Shown one piece after another: positions 25,401 to 37,700 of a DNA stretch of 64,000 bases. The notes beneath the pieces were generated by a model. That model made no database searches. It saw nothing but the letters and a program-made list of their open reading frames with translations, and was not told the origin of the DNA. How positions within the stretch are numbered: the stretch's first letter is position 1; each line of letters starts with the position of its first letter. This stretch comes from Azolla caroliniana (taxonomy: Eukaryota > Plantae > Polypodiophyta), in assembly GCA_043228905.1 (NCBI GenBank), contig JBHGNT010000013.1:14694001-14758000 (forward strand), written 5' to 3'. Both the position numbers and the translations under genes were made by a program.

Positions 25401-27652
25401 TGTGCTGCTAACCGATGAGGGGGAGCCAGAAAGCTTCGAAGAAGCGAAGGATGACACCCACAACCGCAAATGGTTAAGTGCCATGCAGGATGAGATGGAT
25501 TCCCTGCATGAGAACCATACGTACGAATTGGTGGAGTTGCCAAAAGGAAAGCGGGCACTCTGAAACAAGTGGGTGTACAAGTTGAAATCGGGAGATGCCG
25601 ACAACCCCCCGAGATACAAAGCCAGGATCGTGGTGAAGGGGTTCCAGCAGAAGAAGGGCGTGGACTTCGACGAGATATTTGCCCCGGTAGTAAAGATGAC
25701 CTCCATCTGGACGGTGCTGAGTATAACGGCTAGCATGGACCTCGAGGTAGAGCAGCTAGACGTGAAGACAACATTCCTTCACGGTGACCTTGAAGAGGAG
25801 ATCTACATGCTGCAACCGGAAGGATTCGTGGAGAAAGGGAAGGAGCACTTGGTATGCCAGTTGAAGAAGAGCTTGTATGGACTGAAGTAGGCTCCCTGAC
25901 AATGGTACCGGAAGTTTGGCTCTTTCATGACCGATCAAGGGTACCACAAGACGCAGGCCGATCACTACGTGTTTGTGAAGAAGTTTGAAGGAGGCGACTT
26001 CCTGATACTCCTTCTGTACGTGGAGGACATGTTGATCGTCGGACGGGACCAAGCCAAAATACGGATGTTGAAGAAGGCTCTCAACCGAACTTTCGCAATG
26101 AAAGACTTGGATCCGGCAAGACAGATGTTGGGGATGCATATCATCCGGAACCGGCCAACAAAGCAATTGTGGCTGTCACAGGAGAAATACGTGACAAAGG
26201 TGCTTCAACGGTTCAACATGTTAGAAGCGAAACCGGTCAGATTGACACTCCCGGCAAACTGTAGATTATCTGGTAAGCAAAGCCCGAAGACGAAAGCAGA
26301 GAAGGCTGATATGATGAAGGTTCCATATGCCTCTGTTGTCGGGAGCTTAATGTACGCAATGGTGTGTACTCGACCGGATATAGGATACACAGTCGGAGTG
26401 GTGAGCCGGTTTATGAGCAATCCCGGCAAGGAGCACTGGAACGCGGTCAAATGGATACTCTGGTACTTGAAGGGCACTTCAAATATGTGTCTCCGATTCG
26501 GCTCCGGAAAACCTCAACTTGACGGTTTTACCGATTCGGACATGGCGGCTGATGTGGATACCAGCCGGTCTACATCCGGGTATGTAATGACATATGCAGG
26601 GGGAGCTGTTTCGTGGCAGTCGAGGCTGCAGAAGACGGTTGCGTTGTCAACCACGGAGGCGGAGTACATGGCGGTTGTGGAAGTCGGCAAGGAAATATTA
26701 TGGATGAAGGACTTCATCGGAGAGCTCGATATCCGACAAGATGAATACCGGCTCCATTGCAACAGTCAAAGTGCCATCCACCTTGCTAAGAATGCAGCCT
26801 ACCATTCCCGGACGAAGCATATCCAACGAAGGTATCACTGGATCCGGGAAAGAGTAGATGACCAGGAGTTCGCGCTGACGAAGATCCACACGGCCGAGAA
26901 CGGGTCAGATATGTTGACCAAAGTACTGATATCTGACAAGCTGGATGCATGTCGGAAGCGGATTGGACTAGTAAGACACCCCATGCCAGAGTGAAGGGGG
27001 AGTTTGTTGGGAGACAGGTCCCTCCGGATGGGAAGTGAGAAGAACAGTGCTGATGAGCAAACGGAAGAGTACCCGGAAATGGAAGACCCGGTGAGAATTG
27101 GATGAAGAGTACCCGGAAACGGAAGACCCAGTGAGAACCGGATGACGAGTGCCCGACAAGCGCCAGATGATGCAGGCCCGGTGAGGAGTGCTCACCGGAT
27201 GAAGGGACATATTAGTAAATATGTTTCTGAGAGTCCATCGGGACTATATTTGTAAATAGCCGAAAATTCATTTTAGTATAAATATGACTTAGGGCAAACT
27301 TAGTGTACGATGTTGTGAGTCATTCTTGTTGGTGCAAGATTAGAGCACGCAACTGTGTACAAAGAGAGTGAGAGAGAGGAAGAGGTCGTTGCCTCTGTTG
27401 TAACCACCGCCTGTGGCGAAGAAAACAAGCTCGAGGTCGTTGCCTTGGTGCTTTACTACTGTACATTGTGATATAGTGATAGTTTGCAGTCTGTGGGCTG
27501 CCGTGGTTTTTTCCCTAGTTTGGGTTTTTCCACGTTAACATCCCGTGTACTCTTCTCTTTACTGTGTTGTGCGTCCATTACCCGTTTTCTGTGTTTGATT
27601 CTAGCCTCGGTTGTGGCCGAGCGTTGTTCATCGGGAACGTGTATTCTTGTCA
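22500..27652 (+). mobile_element. Tnt1/Tork-like Ty1/copia element B nested in the integrase of copia A; LTRs 22500-23128 and 27005-27652, TSD CCTCG
   Basis: LTRs run TGTTGG...TTGTCA. PBS TGGTATCAGAGCG is at 23132 and PPT GAGTGAAGGGGGAG at about 26989-27002. CCTCG flanks both ends. Confidence 0.95.
23159..26994 (+). pseudogene. gag-pol of copia B (GAG, CCHC knuckle, partial protease, INT, RT, RNase H) with premature stops and a deletion
   Basis: Motifs CFYCGKPRHFQKKC, WVVDSGASFH, ADNGGEY...NGLAERMNRT, LLYVED and FTDSDMAAD. In-frame stops are at 25033, 25561 and 25888, and a frameshifting deletion follows the protease site (about 24110-24130). Confidence 0.92.
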
Positions 27653-29687
27653 CCTCGTGCACTTCGGATGTTGTGCACCGATTCATGAGGTAGAAGGCAA
27701 TATTTGCAGCTTTTGCCCAATATGACTTGGGCATATGCTTCTCGTTTAGCTTCTTGTCAAAGGTATGCCGTGGATGCATCAGAGAGTATTCCTTTCCTCC
27801 ATCCAACCAAAGACATCGTACATGGTTGCCAATTGTCTTTTCGACTTCACTTTTGAATTTTTGGAAGTGTGTAAAGACTTCGCTCTTCATCCTCATGGGA
27901 AAATCTAGAGAAGTCGTCGATGAAGGTGACATAGTACCGACATCTCATCATGCTCCACATTGACGCTTATTGAGCCGAGTGAATCACAAAGCTCCTTGGT
28001 CTTCAAGGTGTAGCTTGTGATTGACATATCCCTTCGTTGTATATTATTCAACTCTTGGCGGAGTGGAAGCGTTCTTGTGGTTGTGTTGGCCGCGAAAATC
28101 TTCCTAAGATTCTCCTACGCTTCCTTCGGCGTCTCGACTTCTCGACTTCTCGAATGTAGCCGAGCATGTGGTCATGAACACATGTCACCAAGAAATACAC
28201 TACTCGACTTGCAACTTGCTCCCATGTTGAGTATTTGGGAGTCGGTCGGGTCGATTTTCTTGTGGTCCTTTGATGTAGCTCCAATAGCCTTGGCCGACAA
28301 GGTATTGGTGCATCTTGTACTCCCAAGATGTAAAATTGTTTCTATCCAACTTCTCACTAGGGAGAGTGCTCCCCATTTGAGTATTCATTAGGTTGATGTA
28401 GATTTCTTCCTTCTTCTTCTCTCTTGAATACGAGCTATGTAGCGGCACTACGATAGCAATGAGCAAGATTTCTTTGAATCGTCGGCGTAGACACAAGACA
28501 CGTGGATGAGCTCGATCGACCTACCAAATCGCTCTGATACAATGTAAAGAATTGTGGTGATTCTGTGCAACGGGATAGGTTAGAGATGTGTGTTATGTGT
28601 GTGTGTGAAAGAAGGAGAGAAGAGGAGAGAAAGACACAAGATAGATGAAAATCGAATACTCAAGAAGATGTATATTACAAAGGAGATTTAATCGGCTGAT
28701 TACAAAATAGGAGGAGCGTGCTTTATATAGTCACCCTCTCTCTTCATTAACTACCAAAGCTCATGGGGAATGGGGAATGTGGAAAGTCATAAGTTATATG
28801 TCATAGAATATGGTTCTATGACACATAGTTAATATGTAGAGAGTAGTGGTGCGACTTTTGACATTTGAGTGATCATAGATCTCAAAGGGCGTGTTCACAC
28901 ACTGGACTAGGTTGAGCTTCATTCTCAACACTAATCCCAAAGGCCATCCTTCAATCAAAACTCTCCAAATGAAGACCTTTGCTACAAGTGACAATTTAGA
29001 ATGCCAACTACATTGTAAGATCTGCTACCACCCATGATCAGATTTGTGTATTTTCCATTCTTCTTTAGCCTTAGATGATAACCATCCAAGAGATTCAACA
29101 TAGCAACGATACAAAAGATTAGTAGTCACTTGTAACAATGTCATTTGACTCCATAAACACCGATCAATCCACGGTTATTCTCCTGTTTGTAGAGGTACGA
29201 GACCTTACATCAATGCAATATTTTGTAGTTGTTGCCAAATAAACCCATAATTAGGCGGGATGCGTAATAATTGTCATGCTTCAACAAACTCCAAAATTCT
29301 TTGAGATGGAGCCTCAACTATATCTCCCACCTCTTTGACCCCCAAACGAAACAAACGATTAAATCTAGAGCGCAATCTCTCCTTTCTTGGCCAACATAAT
29401 AACCGAGAAGACACAAGTAACTCTTTTTGCAAAGAATTACAATGCTCTCTACTAGATAATGGTTTCCATACACATAATAAGAGTGCTTCTTGCCATGAGG
29501 TAACCAAGTGTTGAACAAATGAAGAGCCCTGAATCCTAAGTGAAATACATCCATTTAGTAATTGCCACCATGAAGCCTTAATTGTTGTTCTCCCATGTGT
29601 TAAACCCTTGTTCTCAATGAAATATGGAACAATAGATATCCATGGTTGTGAGTTTGAACACATGTCTTGTAATAATGAAAATCTACG

Positions 29688-30098
29688 TGTCATGGACACA
29701 CCAAGTGCGGACTCAGACAGAGCACGGATGATGAGGCTACGGCGGAGCGATGACGGAATGACACAAGAGCATAAAGATAGAGAGAAGATGGGCGAAACGA
29801 GAATACTAGATTGATATGTCCATGACTGGCGTTGTTCACCTTGAATTCCTTCAAGGTGAACTCAACTATTTATACTAAGTGGCATGCATACTTGTTGCAC
29901 ACATGTGATACAATAGAGCATGTAGGTAGTAGGTACGCATGCATGTGCCAAGTGTAAATAATACGAGGGAGAAATTATGCACATGATGCTTGCTAAAACC
30001 TACAATGAGGAAGTATATACATGATTATATGCTAGATGTGTGGTTAACACATAATACTCGATTAGAACATGGTCATGTCAAGAGTTCGAATCTTGACA
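29688..30098 (-). mobile_element. Solo LTR (411 bp) of a Tcn1-like family, TSD CTACG
   Basis: TGTCA...TGACA termini with CTACG on both sides; removing it restores the L1 frame MMARRFSLLQ. It carries the same TATA plus AGGTGAACAA module as the LTRs of the 30666-41312 element. Confidence 0.88.
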
Positions 30099-33000
30099 CT
30101 ACGAGCCATCATATGCATAGATAAGTTCAATATTCCAACTCCCCCCAAGCGCTTAGGGGTTGCTAGATGATTCCACGCAACCCAAGTGATTCCCATCTTA
30201 TCCCTCTTCTTCCACAACAAATATCCAAGAGGTTGCAAAACAGAATACAAAGCCTTCTTCGTCCATGGCAACAATGGCAAGTAATATAATATCATGTTTC
30301 ATAATACATTGTACAACCTTCAAGCGTACATGAAATGGCCAAGATTGTGACTTCCAATACATGAACTTATCCCTCAACTTACTAGACATCCATTCAATCA
30401 ATTGACCATTTGTAACATTCATTCCTAATGGATAGGACAAGTGTAAAAAAATAGAGCCTTTCTTCACCACGGATCCTTTCCATCCTAAACATTCCAAATC
30501 CCTTTCAGTACATGATATCATACTAGACTTCCCCGGAAGCCAATGCAAATTGGTCCCATACAAGCATCCCCTTCTCAATATTCTCTCATGAGGCTTGTAG
30601 AAACATGAAAGAATCATCAACCAAAGCTTGTGCTACTAGTTGCCCTCCAGACGGAAGGTGTAGACTGTCACAGATAGAAAATATGCACAAGAGAGTAGAC
30701 GATAATCAAAGGGATGAGTTGATTAATTGAAAGAATCTGTAACTGGTGTTGTTCACCTTGATTGTAATCTAGGTGAACACACATATTTATACAAGTTTTG
30801 AGATTGAATATCTCTAGAATATACCTAAGAAATATCTCTAGAATATACCCGTCTAGAATATACCATAGAATATTTCTAGAATATACTAAAGACTAGAATA
30901 TTCTGAATCTACTATATGCTAGACTATACAATATTAAACCATATACAATTTACATGTACCTTAAGGGTTTCCAAATAGTTTATCTAATACTAAGTATTGG
31001 GTGTGTTATAGGGACTTAGAGGTTTGAGTCTAGATGTGACATTATCCCCACTCCTACGCCAATTTGTGGGCATATCGAAGATGAAAGTCCTGGACCACCT
31101 CTGGGGCATTTTGTAAATTCTTCGCTGGTTCCCATGTGGCATCAGGAGGTAACCCTTGCACAAGAAGAAGCATTGCTGGTGTCGACGGTGCAAATGTGAG
31201 TCAAGTATTTGGTCGACCACGTATTCCTCCCCTGTCGTCAATTGCACAAGTGGTGGTGGTGGTGGGGGGGTGGCATCCTGGGAGTTGCCAAGCATAATTG
31301 GGTTCGAGGAGGGAGAAATGAAAAACATCATGAATCTGGAAGTGGGATGGAAGGGTTAGGCGGAAGGCGACGGGATTGATGCGCTCAACTTTACGGAATG
31401 TTCCCAACTTCTTGTAATCAAGTTTCGCACATGGACGGGTGGTAGAGATGTGCCGTTGTAACAACTATACCATGTCGCCGACGACAAAGGGTGGAGTGGT
31501 AGATCAATGGTAATCCATGTGCTTCTTGTATCGTTCGCCAGGAGACTAAGCTCTTAGGATAAGTTGTGATGTAGCTCTTCTAAAACGCGGGCTCGACCCT
31601 CCGCCGAAGGGTTCACAGAAGTGGTAGGGAGAGAAATATTGAACCGAGGATGTAAACCATAGTTTGCAAAGAAGGGAGTGATGCAAGTCGATGCATGGAG
31701 AGAATTATTGGAGGTAAATATTGCTAGTGAAAGTAAGTTGACCCAATCATCTTGCCGGTAACTAACCGAGCACCGAAGATACTGCTTAAGGATTTGGTTG
31801 ACGCGCTTCGTCTGACTGTCAGTTTGGGGGTGATAGGAGGAGGACAACTTGAGGGAGATGCCTAAAGTGTGCAGTAGGCACGGCCAGAAGTGAGAGACAA
31901 ACTGGGGTCCGTGATTGGAGATGACATCGTCGGGGAGTCCATGCAAACGGACCACATTGTTGAGGAGTGGATTCGCCATTCCTTCTTCGTAAATGGTTTT
32001 TGAACATGGAGTGAAGTGAGCCATCTTTGTAAACCAATCAACAACGACCAACACCGAGTCGTAGCTATTGACCAATGGTAGATCGATGATCAGGTCCATA
32101 GAGATAGAGGCTTAGGGACGACTAGGGCATGGAAGCGGCTGGAGTAAGTCGTATGGCCGATGATGAGCAGCTTTGGAGCGAGTGCAAAACTCACAACTAT
32201 TGATGTATTCTTTGACCAACTTCCATGGTTGTGGCCACTAGTACCCCAGAGAGATTAGTTCAAGGGTTTTTGCAACCCCGAAATGACCCACAAGAGGGTC
32301 ATCGTGGCATTCCTGCAACACTCGGGTGTGACATGGGCCCTCCTAGACGTATAAGAGATGATCTCAGAATAGCAAACCATATTGTATGGTGAAATGGTCA
32401 AGGTCTGTCTGTTTGGGTGTCGTGGAGGGGTTTTGCAGACTATCTTGAATCTCGTTGGCGAACGCATCGATCGTGGATGCATCAGTGATCTATTGGAGCA
32501 ACGAATAATCCTACAACATACAAGTGGCAAAAAGATGCAATTGGTTGGGTTTCAACAAACAATGAGATTGTTGAGCATGAGCGGCATCCCTGAGGTGGAT
32601 TGTAAGTTCGGCTCGACGAGAAAGGGCATCAGCCTTCCCATGTTGGTCACCAGGTCGAAATACGATCTCAAAATCATAGTCAACGAGAAATGTCGACCAA
32701 CAGGCCCAGCTTAGATTTAAAGTACGAGTGGTGGAAAAATAAACTAAATTCTTATGATTAGTTACTACCTGGACACAGTGTTGTGCGTCGGCCAAGTAGG
32801 GGCACCATTCTTCAAAGGCAACAATGATAGCAGCAAGCTCCTTGTCGTATATTGGATAATTGATTTCAGATGTTGTGAATTTGCAGTAGTAGTAAGCCAC
32901 TGGGTGCATTATGTTGGTGTTGTTGGCCTGGGATAAGACGTCGCCAATTGCGAAGACAAAGGCATTGGTTTTGATTTGGAAGGGTCTTGTGGGGTCAGCA

Positions 33001-34708
33001 TGTAGAAGCACGAGGGCAATGATGAATGCGTGTTTGAGTGAGTCGAACACATTTTGTGCCGCCGAGGTCCATAAAAAGGGATTGCCTCTGTGGGTGAGGG
33101 TGATAAGAGGTTGGGCTAGGGTGGAAAACCCCTTGATGAAGTGACGGTAAAAATTTGTGAAGTCGAGGAAGGATTGCACATCTTTAAGTCAACTTGGAGT
33201 CGCCCACTCCCGAAGGAGTGAAACCTTCTTCGTATCCATCGTGATGCCAGTGAATGGGATGATGTAGCCTAGGAATTCAATCGAGGTACGATTGACTCAC
33301 ATTTCTCACATTTGTCATAAAGGTCATGCTCCCGAACTTTAGCAAGAACTAATCGGACTTGACGGGTGTGCTTTGCCAAGGTTGGCGAAAAAATGAGAAT
33401 ATCATCAAGGTAGATGACCATGAAATGATCGAGATATTCCTGGAATATATCGTTCATCATATGTTGAAAAAAAGTTGGGGCGTTAGTAAGGCCGAAAGGC
33501 ATTACCTTGTATTCGAAATGCCCATACCGTGTTCGGAATGCGGTTTCCATTCATCACCGGGCTTGATGTGTACCAGATTGTACACGTCACGCAGATCAAC
33601 TTTGGAGAAGACATGCGCAACGTGGAGCCAATCGAGGAGTTCAAGAATTAGAGGGAGTGGATAGTGGTTGTGCACAGTGAGTTTTTTGAGACCCCGATAG
33701 TCTACACATAAGCATAGAGAGCTATCTTTCTTCTTCATGAATAACATGGGGGCCGTTGCCAGTGACTTAGAAGGTTGAATAAAGCCTTTCGCGAGGTTCT
33801 CATCGAGATACACTTGAAGGGCCTTTAGCTCTGGTACAGACAACGCATATAGAGGACCAAAGGGGGGACACGCACCTTCTTGAAGATCGATCAGACAGTC
33901 ATAGAGCTAGTAGTGTTTGGGCAAATGATCTGCATTACGTTTCTCAAATACATTGGAGAAGTCTTTATACTTGTGGGGAATAAAGTGGAGTGTGTTAGAA
34001 GCAGCTCCACAAACGGCGAGCGGCTGATGAACTATGGTGGAAACGACCCTATCTTGGATGTAGGGTGGGATGGCCGAGTCAGAATTGGCCTTCCCTGGAG
34101 GATGTGAAACTGAATTGACCTTTATAGTTGAGCGTGAGCATCCTAGCTCGCTAAATGTGATTGAGCGATTGCACCAATCCACCACTGGATTGTACGCCTC
34201 CAACCATGATAGTCCTAACATGATCGAATGTCGAGGAGATGCGATGGGGTAAAAGGGGAACTCCTCGTGGTGGGAGCCCACACGAAGCCCTAATGGGATT
34301 GTAGTCTGGGTAATTGCTCCTGACGAGAGGACACGCCCGTCAATGGCTTCAACGAGAATGGGTTTTGAGAGGCAAACGACGTGTACCCCATGTGCTTGAG
34401 TGAATGCAACATCGATGAACCAAGAAGACGCTCCAGAATCAAGTAAAGCGACAGATTGAATGGAATTGGAATTAAACGAAAGACATACCTCCAATGTGAA
34501 AGTGCCTGATGTTCCGGCAATGGAACCACGAGAATGTGTGTGGGTGACAGGAGATGTCCAACTGCATGGCTCCTATTGTAACCAGACGATGTCGTTTTCC
34601 GGATGTTGGGGTCCGTTGGCTCGATGGAATTGTGGGTGATTACTCCTAGGACAATAGCGAAGGAGATTACCAGAGCCACCACAATACAAGCACAAGCCAT
34701 TAGCCCGC

Positions 34709-37700
34709 TGTCGTGAAGAATTTCGGCCATAGGCGAAAATCGGGAAACATTGGCTACATTGGCGGGGTGCAGCGTGTGTACGCACCCATGTACATTTAGT
34801 GTGAATATCGAGGGTGCCTTTATGGCGCTGAAGAGTAGTCAAGTCGGGGCAGATGATCCCTTGTAAGGCGGGATTGTCCCACATTGTAACGCATCCCTTT
34901 TCTTGTTCTATAAAAGGAAGGGAACGCCCTTTGTGAAAGGGTTGCCCATTTTGGATTAGAGGGTATACCGGTAGGTTTAGGGTTAGGTTTCTTCTGCTTC
35001 TTCTTCTTCCCCTTCGTGTTTGTTTAGGGTTGACTGCAACTTATCTCCTGTGCAAGACCCCGCTCGGCGCGACGAGCCCGAGAGCTCCCCGACGGCGGCT
35101 TGACAACAGACGACTGTTGTAAACTATCTTGGTCTAGCTCGAAGCCGGGAGTGTATTCTACTTATATATATATACATATACGTTTGCGTCTGTCTGTGTA
35201 TATTGGCGTCTTGCAGGGGTGCTCCCCTCCTTCCCTGTGTTTCTTGTACAAGAGGGCGAGTGTGTGTGCATGTGTGTGGGTGCGTGTGTGTGCGCGCGCG
35301 TGAGTCGGTGTCAAGCACGCTCTCTCACTCCCTCTCTCCCCTCGGCGGCTTCCGGTGCGTTTCAGGGGTGCCCCAGAAACGGTGAAGTGCGACTTCCTAC
35401 GCTCCGTCGCTCCCTAGTCCAAGACCCCCGTGGTCCCGCCTTTCTCCACGCACGCGTGTAACAATGCGACATCTTTGGTGAACCCGACGTGAAAGGCGGC
35501 AAGGGAGGATGGAGTCGGAAGACGACGACCTTGCGGAGATGGTGGCCGAAGTGGTGTTGGAGTCGGCACGAGTGGTGATGAGGCGAGAAGCAGTGCAAGA
35601 AGTGGTTGGGCGAGTGGTCGAAAGAGTCGGCCGTTTCAACGGGGACAAAGTCCCATCTTACTTGGAAGCCTACAACGCGGAAATGGAAGAGCGTGGCGTA
35701 GACGAGGCGTTGAGGCTGGAGTTCTTCTCCCGGGTCGTAGCTGTCCGGATGCATGCGGAAGTAATGGAGCTCCGTGAGGCTCATGGTTTGTGGGAGGCCT
35801 TCGAAGAGGCGCTCGTGAAGGCATACGGAGGACGGCGGAAGAGCTGGGGATGGCACCACTTCGACTAGTGGGTAGCATCGGCAAAGAACCACCGGGGTGC
35901 GACGAAGGCGTTCCGGGAGTTCGAGCGATGACTTGCTCGGCTCCCAGAGTGGGAACAAGGTTTGGTGGGGGCGGACAAAGTCCTTTTGTTCGTCAGGTTG
36001 ATCGACCGAGCGGAATGGGAAGCCATCAGGATTGAGCTCGAGGACGATGATGGAGCGAATGGGCTTATGAAGGACTGGTCGAAGGTCGGAAGGGTGTGCC
36101 AAAGGCTAGACAACGAGCGAGCGGAGAAGACTAAGAGGAAGGTACGCGACGACGTGCCATCACAGCGGGAAGAGGCCGAACGACAAAGAGAGTCGGCAAG
36201 GGTCGGCGTTGGGGCCAGGATTGTGGAGGCATACGCAGCGCTCAAAGCGATGCTCGAGGAAGAAGGCGTATCGAGGCCAGAAGCTGAGACCGAGGAGATG
36301 GACTTGCCCCACGCGATGGCGGAAGATCGGTACCACGGTACCACGGGAGGGGGTGCGGGACGAGCCACCCTCTCGACTTGCGGAGATAGAACGGCCAAGG
36401 ACGAGGCCGAGATACCGATCGCGGAACCAGAACGTTGGGACCAGCGGTTTCGGGCGTGTCAGCCCGAGATCCCGGTCATTGGAGAGGCAAGCCCAGACAG
36501 GGCTTGCGCGATCGGTAAGAAGACGACCGCCGACCACGAAGAGTCGGTGGCTACAGACAAGGGCGTAAAACGGACGGGTGATTCTTTGTGTCTTCCCACG
36601 CTTGCTCCAGAGACGATGGCAGTCGGGCCCGAGTGCCCACATGAGTCCCAAGCGGAGGAAGGCGGCGACGAAAGGCCAAAAATCACCGGCGAGACGATAC
36701 GGGGAAGGAGCGGACGAAAGCCCACGAACCCGATTCCGGAGAACTCGGCATTCGGGTCCATATGCCCATGTTAGACTGAGGAGATGGATGGCGGTACCGA
36801 GGAGTCCTGGCACGATGCCAGCGAAGAGGGATGGGAAACGGCCTGCGAGGAGGCTGAGGACGGAAGCAGCCCGAGAAGATCGGCATTCCGATTCGTATGG
36901 AGAAGAATCCGGTCGTGGATCGTTCGATCGGGGCCGGATTCGGCATGAAAGTGCCGATACGGAAGGGGGTGCGGGATGAGCCGCCCTCTTTTACATGGGG
37001 AGAAAGACCGACCACGCGAAGGTCGAGATTTGGGAAGAGAATGAAAGCCGGTCTTATGGGATTCCTTACACCGATCCGGCTGCAGGCCCGAGTGCCGGCG
37101 TGAGTCCTATAAGAGGGACGGTGGCGACGGGAGAACGGGACTCGGCAATCTGGAGAAGGACTAACGGACCCGGACGAGAACCGGGCGGAGCGGACTCCCA
37201 GATAACCATTCCGGGAGGGAGGGAAAGAGCCAGCCTACGAAGAGGCCGATACCACGGGAGAGGGTGCGGAGTAAACCGCCCTCTCGGCTTGAGGAAAAGG
37301 ACGACCCGGGACAGGGTCGGGAAGACAAATCGGAGGCCAACGGAGGATCCTTCACACCGGTTCTAGAGACTTCGGCGGTCGGCAACGCGGCCGACGTAAG
37401 ACCAAGATACTGACGGTGGCGGCGAGGTGACGAAGGCAAGGGCTACGGAAGGGCGGTCTACGGAGGATCCTTCACACCGGTTCTAGAGACTTCGGCAGTT
37501 GGCAACGCGGTCGACGTAAGACCAAGATACTGACGGTGGCGGCGAGGTGATGAAGGCAAGGGCTACGGAAGGGCGGTCTACGGAGGATCCTTCACACCGG
37601 TTCTAGAGACTTCGGTAGTCGGCAACGCGGTCGACGTAAGACCAAGATACTGACGGTGGCGGCGAGGTGACGAAGGCAAGGGCTACAGAAGGGCGGTCTA

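Larger units (their letters stand above)
19844..28930 (-). mobile_element. Ty1/copia LTR retrotransposon A (degenerate, internally deleted); LTRs 19844-20231 and 28543-28930, TSD CTAAT
   Basis: Paired ~388-bp LTRs TGTAAAG...CTCAACA are flanked by CTAAT. A tRNA-iMet PBS (TTGTATCAGAGC) lies at 28542-28531 and a PPT next to 20232. Minus-strand fragments encode gag (MGSTLPSEKLDRNNFTSWEYKM), INT, RT (ILYVDDL) and RNase H. Confidence 0.93.
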
